Assembly (NCBI RefSeq): GCF_963921235.1
Contig: NC_086097.1
Location: 243,042,001 to 243,106,000, forward strand
Origin: Mobula hypostoma
Taxonomy: Eukaryota
DNA: 64,000 bases
Direction: 5' to 3'
Part shown: piece after piece, positions 12,827 through 25,115 of the stretch
Position numbering within the stretch: position 1 is the stretch's first letter
Layout of the letters: each line of letters opens with the position of its first letter
Translations under genes and position numbers: made by a program
Notes under the pieces: generated by a model
Databases searched by the model: none
What the model saw: the letters and a program-made list of their open reading frames with translations, nothing else
What the model was told of the DNA's origin: nothing

Positions 12827-13449
12827 CCCAAACTGAACCACCTCTCACTTATCTTGGTTGAGCTCCATCTGAAACTTCTCAGCCCACTTTTGCATCCTAT
12901 CAATATCCCGCTGTAACCTCTGACAACCCTCCACACTAACCTTTGTGTCATCTGCAAATTTACTAACACATCCCTCCACTTCTTCATCTAGGCCATTTAT
13001 AAAAATCACGAAGAGAAGGGGTCCCAGATCAGATCCCTGAGGCATACCTCTGGTCACCAACTTCCATGCAGAATATGACCCATCTACAACCACTCTTTGC
13101 CTTCTGTGAGCAAGCCAATTTGGGATCCACAAAGCAATGTCCCCTTGTATCCCATGCCTCCTTACTTTCTCAATAAGCCTTGCATGGGGTACCTTATCAA
13201 ATGCCTTGCTGAAATCCATATACACTACATCTACTGCTCTACCTTCATCAATGTGTTTAGTCACATCCTCAAAAAATTCAGACATTTTGTGTGTGTTGCT
13301 TGGATTTCCAGCATCTGCAGATTTTCTCATGTTGTGCTACAACTGAAAACAAGCTGGCTTTTCCAAGTAATTATTTTAGCCAAATGCTGACGCACCCATG
13401 TAACTTAATATCATTTGAGCAAGGTGCACAATGCAGATTGCTGTTGGGT

Positions 13450-13765
13450 GAAGTAAAGGCATCCGTTAGTCTTGCGAGACCATGGATCTGCGCCTGGAAA
13501 GTCTTCACTCTCCAGGGCACAGGCCTGGGCAAAGTTGTATGGAAGACCAGCAGTTGCCCATGCTGCAAGTCTCCCCTCTCCATGACACCAATGTTGTCCA
13601 AGGGAAGGGCATTAGGACCCATACAGCTTGGCACCAGTGTCGTCGCAGAGCAATGTGTGATTAAATGCCTTGCTCAAGGACACAACACGTTGTCTTGGCT
13701 GGGGCTCGAACTCATGACCTTCAGGTAGCTAGTCCAATGCCTTAACCACTTGGCAATGTGCCCAC
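13450..13765 (-). mobile_element. tRNA-derived SINE with 12-bp TSD
   Basis: A box TGCCAAGTGG, B box GAGTTCGAGCC; TSD ttgctgttgggt at 13438-13449 and 13766-13777. Confidence 0.9.
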
Positions 13766-13944
13766 TTGCTGTTGGGTAATTCCGCACAAAACAATTCCTT
13801 TTGCCATAGTTCACTGAATATAATAAAATTATTACACACTGTAAGGATTTTGAAACAGAATTAAAACAAAAGACAATTCTTTGCACTAGACTGAATACAG
13901 AGATATAATCATCTCTATTGTTGACAGAACTTCAAATGGTATCA

Positions 13945-14580
13945 AGGAGGCGTGTTGGAGAGAAATATATCAGCTGGTTGAGTGGTGTTGCAACAACAAT
14001 CTTGACACTCAATGCCAGTAAGACCAAGGAATTGAATGTGGACTTCAGGAAGAGTAAAATGAGGGAATGCACATTGTGGGATCAGTAGTGAAAAGGGCGA
14101 GCAGTTTCAAGTTCCTGTGTGTCAGCATCTCTGGAGATCTGTCCTGGGCCCAATATATTGATGCAATTGGCAAAGAAGGCTATATTTCACTAGGAGTTCG
14201 AGGAGACTTGGTATGTCACCAGAGACACTCGCAAACTTCTACAGATGTACCCTGGAAAATATTCTGAACTGGCTGCGTCACCGCCTGGCGTAGAGGGGCC
14301 ACTGCATAGGATAAGAAAAAGCCCCAGCCTCCAGGACACCTTCGAAAGGTGATGCCTCAAAAGGGCGGCATCCATCATTACGGACCCCCATCACACTTGA
14401 TACCATCAATAAGGAGGTACAGGAGCCTGAGGAGTCACACTCAACATTGTAGGAACTGCTTCTTTCCCTCCACCATCAGATTTCCGTATGGGCAATGAAC
14501 CCATGATCACTTTCCTCAGTATTTTTTCCTGTCTTTCTGCACCTCTTATTTTAATTTTAACTATATGTACATATATAATT
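13945..14580 (+). mobile_element. degraded Rex-Babar-like LINE fragment
   Basis: VKRASSFKFL.VSISGDLSWAQ, followed by the family 3' end. Confidence 0.7.
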
Positions 14581-15100
14581 CAGTACGCTCATCTTGCCTG
14601 GACAGATTCGGCTCTATCTCTGTCTGTAGATGATATCACCATTTTGGCCATATTTCAAATAATGATGAGTCAGAGTATAGGAAGGAGGTTCAAAGTTCGA
14701 AGTAAATTTATTATTAAAGTCTATATGTCACCATATACTATACTGAGATTCATTTTCTTGCAGGCATACTCAATAAATCTAGAATAATAACCATATTCTA
14801 TAATGAATGAGTATACATTTACATGTATTAGATACTTGCTGTGGCAAGTTGGTCAGGGTACAACAATTATTAAGAATAAAGAATGACATTAAAGATAATG
14901 TTAATGATAAAAGTAGGGATATAGAATAAAATGTGCATAAATACATAAATACAAGCATGCATTAACATCATAAACAGCATTATAAAAAGCAGTGCAGTGC
15001 AGTGATGGGATAGGAGACAGAGGGAGGGAGTGGGGGGTGCTAACTAGAATGGTTGATCAGGATAACGGCCTGGGGGAAGAAACTTTTTAAAAGGGACCTT

Positions 15101-15150
15101 TGGCCCGTCCCGGGATCGAACCAGTGACCTTGGTGCAATCAGCACCAGGC
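15101..15150 (-). pseudogene. 3' half of a tRNA-Ile(GAT)-like sequence
   Basis: Minus strand gccTGGTG-ctGATtg-CACCAaggtcactgGTTCGATCccgggacgggcca: anticodon stem-loop, T-loop and 3' acceptor strand; no D-arm or 5' strand. Confidence 0.55.
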
Positions 15151-16309
15151 TTCTGGATGCTTTACTTGAATAAATGATGCCTTCACATCTGGAGCAATCA
15201 TTCTCACCTCCCATCTGAAATTCAGCTTCTTGAGCCTTGCTGCAGTGAAAAGTGTGATGGAATTTGGTGGGTGAATCATTCTGGCAAAATTCAGATACAG
15301 AGGAATTCAAGTCATTCCATCTGTTCATCACCTTTCACTGAGCATGGCTACTTGTAGTTCAACAATTCAAAGTACATTTATTACCCAAGTATGAATGTGG
15401 TCTACAGCCCTGAGATTCATCTTCCTCACAGACAGCTACGAAACAGAGAATACCATGAAACCCTTTCAAAGAGAAAAAACATTAAACCAGCCCCCTCACA
15501 TGCAAGAAAAAAACTCCAAAACAGATCATTAGAATGGCAACAGCGAAGTGAGTGAGAAACACAAAATTGATGAGTCCAGACACATTCAATTCAACTAAGT
15601 TTTCTTTATATGCAAGCTGCCTCGATTTAAACTTGCCAAATAGCATCAAAAAATAGGAGCGACCAGAAACCAGAAATACATGAACTGAGTTGAATCCACA
15701 AATCACATTGATTAAACCTCCAGCACCATCCTCCAACAGCATCAAGGGAGAGAGAGAGAGAGACCCTTCGAATGCAGGGGTTTCCTTCGGGAAGAGAGAG
15801 AGAGAGAGAGAGAGAAAACAAACAAACAGGCAGGCATCTTTCTCTAGCAGCGGCGAGCCAGAGGCTGCTAGTCAGTGCGGAACACTCATTCACCTCCGCA
15901 CTCGCCCCAATGATTTCAATCTTCCTCGTCACTTTAATCAGTGAGATACATGAGGAATGGAGGTGATCATGGGCTTGTGACTTGTCTCCGGGCTACTTGG
16001 TCTCAAGGCCACACACCTGTCACATATGCATTGACGAGTTTGTGAAGATACGGTGAAGATTTAGCTTTGAATACGTTTCACACAGATTAAGTCATTGTAC
16101 GGTGAGGTAGAACAAGATAAAACAATATCAGGGTCAAGTGCTACAGAGAGTGTAGTTCAGGAAAATCATAAAGTGCAAGATCATCACAAATTAAACTATG
16201 AGGTCAATAGTCCATCCATCATACCATTTAATAGTCTTATTACAGCAGGATAGAAGCTGTCCTTGAGCCTGGTTGAAGCTGACTGTTATGATAAATACTG
16301 ATAATGACC

Positions 16310-16591
16310 AGTTTATTTATTTATTGGTTGATTGATCGGTAAAAAGCATGGAATAATCCCTTCCAGCCCTTCAATGTCTCCCCATTTTTATCGTAGCCTA
16401 ATCACTGGACAATTTATAATGGCAAATTAACCTAGCAACCAGTAGGTCTGTGGGAGGAAACCGGAGCACCCGGAGGAAACCCATGCAATCACAGGGAGAA
16501 CGTACAACCTCCTGACAGGCAGCAGCAGGAATTAAACCCCTTTTTGCTGGTAATGTCTTGCGTTGTGCGTTACCACTATGCTATCGTGCCG
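16310..16591 (-). mobile_element. V-SINE-like tRNA SINE
   Basis: Head cggcacgatagcatagtgg; core gggtttcctccgggtgctccggtttcctccca. Confidence 0.75.
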
Positions 16592-16863
16592 TTTACTGAT
16601 ACCTACATTTTGGAGGTGTTCGCTCTCGTTGCTTTCGCAATCCAAAGGTTCCTCGGAAGTCAAGAATGAGGCATAAAACATCGATGAGCAATTTTTAAAA
16701 GCGTTACAAGAACAATGAACAAGGACCAAGCAAAGACCAAGGACAAAGCAGTCGTGGTTGTTTCATACTCAGATCAAAAGTTCTAGTGTTAACAATTAAC
16801 CTATAAAATAGCCAGATTCAAGTGATCTGACATCTGCTGCAGAAAACTGAGAAACTTCTAAAG

Positions 16864-16943
16864 CAGGGGTTCTCAATCTTTTTAATGCCATGGAGCCATA
16901 CCACTAACGGAGGTGTCCTTGGATCCCGGGGTGGGATCCCCTG
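16864..16943. mobile_element. 80-bp hAT(Charlie)-like MITE
   Basis: Termini cagggg/cccctg; flanks ttctaaag and atctagaa resemble an NTCTAGAN 8-bp target. Confidence 0.65.
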
Positions 16944-17014
16944 ATCTAGAAATACAGAGAAACAACTGTTTCATAATTGCTGAAAAAACCCACTGAACAA
17001 TTACATCTAAATGA

Positions 17015-17375
17015 GGCCTCCGCTGGTTGGGGCCGATCGTGGAGGTTGTGTCCCAGCTGTCTACATGATACATGGGCCTGGGGCAGTACGATATGGAGAG
17101 CAAGCTGATGCCCATGTAGCAGGCACCCCCTCTCCACACAGCTGATCAGTCCAAAGGAATGGCAGAGACTGATACAGTTTGGCACCAGCAGCAGGAGCTG
17201 CCAGTATGCGATGAACTCAACATAGGACTAACCGAGGGACTCCAGCTTCAGATTTTTCCTCAGGGTTTACTCCCGGAGCCTTCCCCATGAGTGGGTATTG
17301 TCGCAAGGCAGTGGAAGTTTGAGGTCAGTTTTCCTTCTGCTAGATGAGCTGCCAACCATGGCTGACAAGCCCCAA
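17015..17375 (-). mobile_element. non-coding LINE-related repeat (possibly RTE-type)
   Basis: Homologous to 35805-36392 and to the body of the SINEs at 13450 and 20505. Confidence 0.5.
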
Positions 17376-17529
17376 CAGCTTGAACATATATCTACTGCTT
17401 ACATTGCAGATTCTTACATAAAAATACGAACAAACATAGGAACGTCAAACTACAAGAAAATTGTAATTCTACACTCTAATCCAATCCTGGGCCCACCATG
17501 TAAGTGCCATTTCAAAGAAAGCACAGCAG

Positions 17530-18155
17530 CACCTCTACTTTCTTGGACTATTGCACAGACTTGGTATGTCAGTTAAAACTCCGACAAGCTTCTCTTGATG
17601 CACAGCGGAGAGCCAATCCTGACTGGTTGCATTCATAGCCTGGTATGGAAACACCAATGCCCAAAAATGGAAAGGCCTACAAAAAATGGTGGAAAAAGCA
17701 CAGCCCCTCACAGGAAAAGCCCTCCTCACCATTGGGCGCATCTACATGGAGTGCTGTCGCAGGAAAGCAGCATCCATCAGCAAGGACCCCCACCATCCAG
17801 GCCATGTGCTCTCCTCACTGTTGCCATCAGGAAGAAGGTACAAGGATCTTAGGTCCCACATCACCAGGTTCAGGAATAATTATTACTCTTCAACAATTAT
17901 GCTCTTGAACTAGTGTGGACAACTTCACTCACAACACTGAACTGATCACAGAACAGAACCTTTAGACTCAGATTCAAGGCTCTACAACTCATGTTCTCAG
18001 TTCTATCTATCGATCTACCTATTTATTTATTTATTGCTGGTTAATTTTTTTGTATTTGCACAATTTTTCAGTCTTTGTGTGCAGTTCATTGTTGATCCTA
18101 TTGTGCTTCTTTGTCCTACTGTGAATACCTGCAAGAAAATGAATCTCATGTACAG
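17530..18155 (+). mobile_element. Rex-Babar-like LINE 3' fragment
   Basis: RKAASISKDPHHPGHVLSSLLPSGRRY...RFRNNYYSSTIMLLN plus 3' UTR. Confidence 0.75.
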
Positions 18156-18157
18156 TA

Positions 18158-19663
18158 CCACACATCAAAGTTGCTGGTGAATGCAGCAGGCCAAGCAGCA
18201 TCTGTAGGAAGAGGTGCAGTCGACGTTTCAGGCCGAGACCCTTCGTCAGGACTAACTGAAGGAAGAGTGAGTAAGGGATTTGAAAGTTGGAGGGGGAGGG
18301 GGAGATCCAAAATGATAGGAGAAGACAGGAGGGGGAGGGATAGAGCCAAGAGCTGGACAGGTGATAGGCAAAAGGGGATACGAGAGGATCATGGGACAGG
18401 AGGTCCGGGAAGAAAGACAAGGGGGGGTGACCCAGAGGACGGGCAAGAGGTATATTCAGAGGGACAGAGGCAGAAAAAGGAGAGTGAGAGAAAGGATGTG
18501 TGCATAAAAATAAGTAACAGATGGGGTACGAGGGGGAGGTGGGGCCTTAGCGGAAGTTAGAGAAGTCGATGTTCATGCCATCAGGTTGGAGGCTACCCAG
18601 ACGGAATATAAGGTGTTGTTCCTCCAACCTGAGTGTGGCTTCATCTTTACAGTAGAGGAGGCCGTGGATAGACATGTCAGAATGGGAATGGGATGTGGAA
18701 TTAAAATGTGTGGCCACTGGGAGATCCTGCTTTCTCTGGCGGACAGAGCGTAGATGTTCAGCAAAGCAGTCTCCCAGTCTGCGTCGGGTCTCGCCAATAT
18801 ATAAAAGGCCACATCGGGAGCACCGGACGCAGTATATCACCCCAGTCGACTCACAGGTGAAGTGTTGCCTCACCTGGAAGGACTGTTTGGGGCCCTGAAT
18901 GGTGGTAAGGGAGGAAGTGTAAGGGCATGTGTAGCACTTGTTCCGCTTACACGGATAAGTGCCAGGAGGGAGATCAGTGGGGAGGGATGGGGGGGACGAA
19001 TGGACAAGGGAGTTGTGTAGGGAGCGATCCCTGCGGAATGCAGAGAGAGAGGGGGAGGGAAAGATGTGCTTAGTGGTGGGATCCCGTTGGAGGTGGCGGA
19101 AGTTACGGAGAATAATATGTTGGACCCGGAGGCTGGTGGGGTGGTAGGTGAGGACCAGGGGAACCCTATTCCTAGTGGGGTGGCGGGAGGATGGAGTGAG
19201 AGCAGATGTACGTGAAATGGGGGAGTTGCGTTTAAGAGCAGAGTTGATAGTGTAGGAAGGGAAGCCCCTTTCTTTAAAAAAGGAAGACATCTCCCTCGTC
19301 CTAGAATAAAAAGCCTCATCCTGAGAGCAGATGCGGCGGAGACGGAGGAATTGCGAGAAGGGGATGGCGTTTTTGCAAGAGACAGGGTGAGAAGAGGAAT
19401 AGTCCAGATAGCTGTGAGAGTCAGTAGGCTTATAGTAGACATCAGTGGATAAGCTGTCTCCAGAGACAGAGACAGAAAGATCTAGAAAGGGGAGGGAGGT
19501 GTCGGAAATAGACTAGGTAAACTTGAGGGCAGGGTGAAAGTTGGAGGCAAAGTTAATAAAGTCAACGAGTTCTGCATGCGTGCAGGAAGCAGCGCCAATG
19601 CAATCGTCGATGTAGCGAAGGAAAAGTGGGGGACAGATACCAGAATAGGCACGGAACATAGAT
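18158..19663 (-). mobile_element. Penelope-like element, 5'-truncated (RT C-terminus + GIY-YIG endonuclease + pLTR)
   Basis: Upstream RYIDD region; ORF 18547-19290 GVIYCVRCSRCGLLYIGETRRRL...EH...PVATHFN...EEQHLI...PDGMN. Confidence 0.93.
18218..18253 (-). ncRNA. minimal hammerhead ribozyme motif with intact core
   Basis: Minus strand AGTC-CTGACGA-AGGGTCTCGGCCT-GAAAC-GTC-GACT; stem I AGTC/GACT; palindromic ACGT replaces stem III. Confidence 0.75.
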
Positions 19664-19899
19664 TGATACCAAAGGAGAAAAAGCTGTTCCTGAAATAGTG
19701 AGTGAGTCTCTTCAGGCCCCTGTAATCCCTCCCTGATGGTTGTAATGACATGGAGACGTGTTTTGGGTGGTGGGGGTCCTTAATAATGGATGCTGCCTTC
19801 TTGAGGAGCCACCTTTTGAAGATGACCCTGATGGCGGGAGGCTAGTGCCCATGATGGAGGCAGCTGATTCCCTACTTAATGTTTCTAGTAGCACACACA

Positions 19900-20490
19900 A
19901 CGTATGATCTCACCTGGTCCCTCAATACCACCTCTTTGGTCAGGAATGCACTGCAGCAATTCCACCCCGCCCCCCATTTAACCAATTTTTAGGGGAGCAC
20001 CATCCTGACCAGTTGCATCCCCATCTGGTACAGGGATTGCAAGGCATCTGACCGCCAGTCCCTACAAAAGATTGAGAGGGGCTGCTGAGGGGATTTTCGG
20101 GATCTGCCTTACACCCGTTAGAGATATTTATCGGGAGCATTGTGTATGCAGGGCCCTTGGCATTGTTAATGATCTCTCCCATCCATCCAACGATCTCTTT
20201 GATCCCCTACCACCAAGCAGGAGGTACCATAGCATTAAGACAAGAACTGTTAGGATGGGAAACAGCTTCTTCCCCCTGGCTGTAAGACTATTGAACTCCC
20301 TGCCACCACCCAGGTCTCATCGCGTATGAAGTACCAGTATCATTATTCTGTTTGCTTTTTATACTTGTGTTGTATATCTATCTTATTATTTGTTAATTTA
20401 TTTGAGGTAATTTTGCCTTATCTGTTATGTGTGTGAGTTATTTGCACTGTGTTGTGTACCTTGGTCTGGAGGAACATTGTTTCATTTGGT
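19900..20490 (+). mobile_element. Rex-Babar-like LINE 3' fragment
   Basis: IVNDLSHPSNDLFDPLPPSRRYHSIKTRTVRMGNSFFPLAVRLLN. Confidence 0.7.
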
Positions 20491-20504
20491 GGTATACATC
20501 TTTA

Positions 20505-20829
20505 GTGTGGACACGTGGCCAAATGGTCAAGGCATTCAACTAACGATCTGAAGGTTGTGAGTTCGAGCCCCAGCCGAGATAACGTGTTGTGTCTTTGAGC
20601 AAGGCACTTAATCACACATTGCTCTGCGATGACACTGGTACCAAGCTGTATGGGTCCTAATGCCCTTCCCTTGGACAACATTGATGTCGTGGAGAGGGGA
20701 GACTTGCAGCATGGGCAACTGCTGGTCTTCCATACAACCTTGCCCAGGCCTGCGCCCTGGAGAGTGAAGTCTTTCCAGGTGCAGATCCATGGTCTCGCAA
20801 GACTAACGGATGCCTTTATTTTTTATTTT
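20505..20829 (+). mobile_element. tRNA-derived SINE (same family as 13450) with 12-bp TSD
   Basis: A and B boxes; TSD tatacatcttta at 20493-20504 and 20830-20841. Confidence 0.9.
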
Positions 20830-21504
20830 TATACATCTTTACTGTTGAATGACAGTATTCTGAACTTAAACTTGAACCAAGGGTAGATGCCAGATTAAGA
20901 GAGGCCCATAAGTCTTCCAAGTTCAAGGGTTCAGCTCAGGGCTAACAATCTTGACTGGAAAACAAAACTGTTATGGAAACAGCAATGAGGATTCTTTCTA
21001 TAGGAGGTGAGAGAGGAGGTACCTTTCTTACCCACATGACTTCATGTAGCTATCCTTCTTCCCCTCCTGGCACCTTTTTATTCTGGCATCTTACACCTTC
21101 CTTCCCAGTCCCGATGAAGGGTCTTGTCCTGAAACATCCATTGTTTGTTTATGTCCATAGATGCTGCCTAATCTGCCGAGTTCCTTCAGCATCTTGTGTG
21201 TGTTAGCATGGGGACTGTTTCACTTAAAGGAAAATTGGCTTATTGAGGCCCTGTCTAATGTCCATTCATATTGATGTAATTTAAGTCTTAATGATGATGG
21301 ATATAAGCCTTTTTAAGCAGTTAAACACAGCACTCATTACTGTCATCTTGGGACAATGCTGAAATTGTGCTTTATCATTACGTGACCAGATTGGATATTT
21401 TCAGGAATCTTGCACCTTTACTAAATGGCGCAGTGTAGTCACAGTATCCATGGTAATGGTAAGTTTGTTTATTCAAAGTTCGAAGTAAATTTATTCGACT
21501 ACTT

Positions 21505-24450
21505 CTTCTTCTTTGAGATGTATATATCCTGCTGTGCCTTCTGAATTGCTCCTGGAAATTCCAGCCATTGTTGCTCTGCCATCATCCCTGCTAGTGTTCC
21601 CTTCTAAGCATACCTCTGTAAATCCCTTTACTCCACTATAATACTGATATATATGACTTTAGCTTCTCCTTCTCAAACTGCGGGGTGAATTTGATCATAT
21701 TATGAACACTTGTCCATAAGGGTTCTTTTACATGAAGCTCTCTAATCAATTCTGGTTCATTGCACAACACCCAATCCAGAATAGCCGATCCTCTAGTGGG
21801 TTCTACTATGATTTGCTCAAAAAGCCTCCTCCTGGGCATTCTAAAAACTCCCCCTCTTCAGATCCAGCACCGACCTGATTTTCCCATCAACCTATATATT
21901 GAACACAAAATAAACTGCAGATTCTGGGGTGAAAGCAACACTCACAACATGCTGGAGGAACTCATCAGGTTGGGCAGCATCTGTGGAAAAGATCGGTCGA
22001 CGTTTCGGGCCGGAACCCTTCAGCAGGACTGTAGGGGGAAGGGGCAGAGGCCCTATAAAGAAGGTCGGGGGGAGGGTGGGAAGGAGAAGGCTGGTAGGTT
22101 CCAGGTGAAAAACCAGTAAGGGGAAAGATAAAGGGATGGGGAGGGGAAGCAGGGAGGTGATAGGCAGGAAAGGTGAAGAAGGAATAGGGGAAAACACAAT
22201 GAGTAGTAGAAGGAGGCGGAACCATGAGGGAGGAGATAGGCAGCGGGGGGAGGGGGCAGAGTGACATAGGGATAGGGGAAGGGAGGGGGAGGGAATTACG
22301 GGAAGTTGGAAAATTCTATGTTCATACCAAGGAGCTGGAGACTACCTAGACAGTACATGAGATGTTGCTCCTCCAACCTGAGTTTAGCCTCATCATGGCA
22401 GTAGAAGAGGCCACGTATCGACATATCTGAATGGGAGTGGGAAGCAGAGTTGAAGTGGGTGGCAACCGGGAGATCCTGTCTGTTGTGGCAGATGGAGCAG
22501 AGGTGCTCGACGAAGCGGTTCCCCAATCTACGTCGGGTTTCACCGATGTAGAGGAGGCTGCACCGGGAGCACCGGATGCAATAGATGACCCCAACAGACT
22601 CACAAGTGAGGTGTTGCCTCATTTGGAAGGACTGTTTGGGGCCCTCAGTGGTGGCAAGAGAGGAGGTGTAGGGACAGGGGTAGCACTTGTGCTTACAGGG
22701 ATAAGTGCCGGGTGGGAGATCCGTGGAGAGGGATGTGTGGACCAGGGAGTCGCGGAGGGATCGATCCCTGCAGAAAGTGGAGAGGGGTGGAGAGGGAAAG
22801 ATGTGCTTCGTGGTGGGGTCCTGTTGAAGGTGGCGGAAGTTGCGGAGGATAATGTGCTGGATCCGGAGGCTGGTGGGGTGGTAGGTGAGGACAAGGGGAA
22901 CTCTGTCCCTGTTGTGATGGCGGGAGGATGGGGTGAGAGCCGAAGTGCTGGAAATGGAGGAGATGCGGGTGAGGGCATCATTGATGACAGCAGAAGGGAA
23001 ACCACGTTCCTTAAAGAAAGAGGACATTTGAGATGTCCTGGAACGGAAAACCTCATCCTTGGAGCAGATGCGGCGGAGACAGAGGAACTGGGAATAGGGA
23101 ATGGCTCGACTATACCTCTTCTCAGCCCGCCACATGCAAAAATGCCATTCCCTATTCCCAGTTCCTCCGTCTCCACCGCATCTGCTCCCAGGATGAGGCT
23201 TTCCGTTCCAGGACATCTCAAATGTCCTCTTTCTTTAAGGATCATGGTTTCCCTTCTACCGTCATCAATGATGCCCTCACCCGCATCTCCTCCATTTCCT
23301 GCACTTCGGCTCTCACCCCATCCTCCCGCCACCACAACAGGGACAGAGTTCCCCTTGTCCTCACCTACCACCCCACCAGCTTTCGGATCCAGCACATTAT
23401 CCTCCGCAACTTCCGCCATCTTCAACAGGGCCCCACCACTAAGCACATCTTTCCCTCTCCACCCCTCTCTGCTTTCCGCAGGGATCCTTCCGTCCATGAC
23501 TCCCTGATCCACACGTCCCTCCCCATGGATCTCCCACCCGGTACTTATCCCTGTAAGCGTAAGTGCTACACCTGTCCCTACACCTCCTCTCTTGCCACCA
23601 TTCAGGGCCCCAAACAGTCCTTCCAGGTGAAGCAACACTTCACTTGTGAGTCTGTTGGGGTCATCTATTGCATCCGGTGCTCCCGGTGCAGCCTCCTCTA
23701 CATCGGTGAAACCCGACGCAGATTGGGGGACCGCTTCGTCGAGCACCTCCGCTCTGTCCGCCACAACAGACAGGATCTCCCAGTAGCCACCCACTTCAAC
23801 TCCGCTTCCCACTCCCATTCAGATATGTCCATACGTGGCCTCCTCTACTGCCATGATGAGTAAACTCAGGTTGGAGGAGCAACACCTCACATACTGTCTA
23901 GGTAGTCTCCAGCCCCTTGGTATGAACGTAGAATCAGTCTCCAGCCCCTTGATGTGAACATAGAATTCTTCAACTTCCGGTAATTCCCTCCCCCTCCCTT
24001 CCTGTATCTCTATTTCACTCTGCCCCTTCTCCCAACTGCCTATCACCTCCCTCATGGTTCCGCCTCCTTCTACTACCCATTGTGTTTTCCCCTATTCCTT
24101 CTTCACCTTTCCTGCCTATCACCTCCCTACTTCCCCTCCCCCACCCCTTTATCTTTCCCCTTACTGGTTTTTCACTTGGAACCTACCAGCCTTCTCCTTC
24201 CCACCCTCCCCCCACCCTCCTTATAGGGCCTCTGCCCCTTCCCTCTACAGTCCGGACGAAGGGTTCCGGTCTGAAACGTCGACCAATCTTTTCCACGGAT
24301 GCTGCCCGACCTGCTGAGTTCCTCCAGCGTGTTGTGAGTGTAACCTATATATTGAAATCCCCCTTTACTATCATAACATTGTCCGTTTGACTTATCTCCC
24401 ATTGTAGTTTGTGGACCACATCTTTGCTACTCTTTGGAGGTCTGTATATA
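21505..24450 (-). mobile_element. CR1 endonuclease-region fragment, split by the Penelope-like insertion
   Basis: EQIIVEPTRGSAILDWVLCNEPELI on the left; sequence resumes after 24341 (gaaatccccc, the GDFN motif). Confidence 0.8.
21904..24341. mobile_element. Penelope-like insertion made of two inverted 5'-truncated copies, with 15-bp TSD
   Basis: Arms 21938-23105 (-) and 23144-24341 (+) both encode a GIY-YIG domain; TSD aacctatatattgaa at 21889-21903 and 24342-24356. Confidence 0.93.
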
Positions 24451-25115
24451 ACTTTCCAGTACTGCTTCTTTCACTTGTCATTCTTTTATCATTTAGTCTC
24501 CCCCAGCACCCACTGTATCACATACCCTGCCTTGGCTTGGAGACACAGGAGATGTATCTCCACCACCATCCATTTAATAACAGTTGCTAATTTTCATCAA
24601 GGTTTATATTAGAGGAAATAGCTGCTAGAACAAGCTGTCAACAGCTTTCCTATAATCCCTTCAGCCAACAATTTATCAATCTCAGCCAAACAGACAAACA
24701 AGTTTTGGTATAAACTTTGGAAACTGGTAGGAGAGTTTACAGAAAATAAATCTTCTTGTATCAGCCACTGAGAATTATTTTTATCAAGACATTTCTATTG
24801 TTTCCTGTAAACCATAATTCCATTATATTCCACCAAAACAAAGCACCTAGTGTATTTACTTAAAGTCACCATATTGCTGATTTGTTGATACATTTTATCT
24901 GTAGCAAGATGAGACCTATTATATGGTCTTTCAGTTAAGGATGCATTTATGAAATGAGGGGGATTGATAGGTTTGGGTGTGAAGGTCATAGGTTAAGGGT
25001 GAAAAGTGAACTATTTAATGGTTACTTGAGGGGAACTTCTTCACTCAGACTGTGGTGTGAATGTGGAACAAGTTTCACGCAGAAGGGGTGAATACTGGTT
25101 ATATTGCGATTTTTA

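Larger units (their letters stand above)
7680..13280 (-). mobile_element. older CR1, split by a younger full-length CR1
   Basis: 7680-8385 (3' end) is continuous with 12827-13280 (VDVVYMDFSKAFDKVPH...KFADDTK). Confidence 0.85.

Noticed and set aside
13695..13765. tRNA genes at SINE heads (also ~20505-20575)
   Set aside because: A and B boxes only; they continue into a repeat body flanked by TSDs.
22431..23818. Long Gly/Val-rich ORFs (22431-23507 +, 358 aa; 22619-23818 -, 399 aa) as novel proteins
   Set aside because: They are antisense or alternative frames across the Penelope palindrome and mirror each other.
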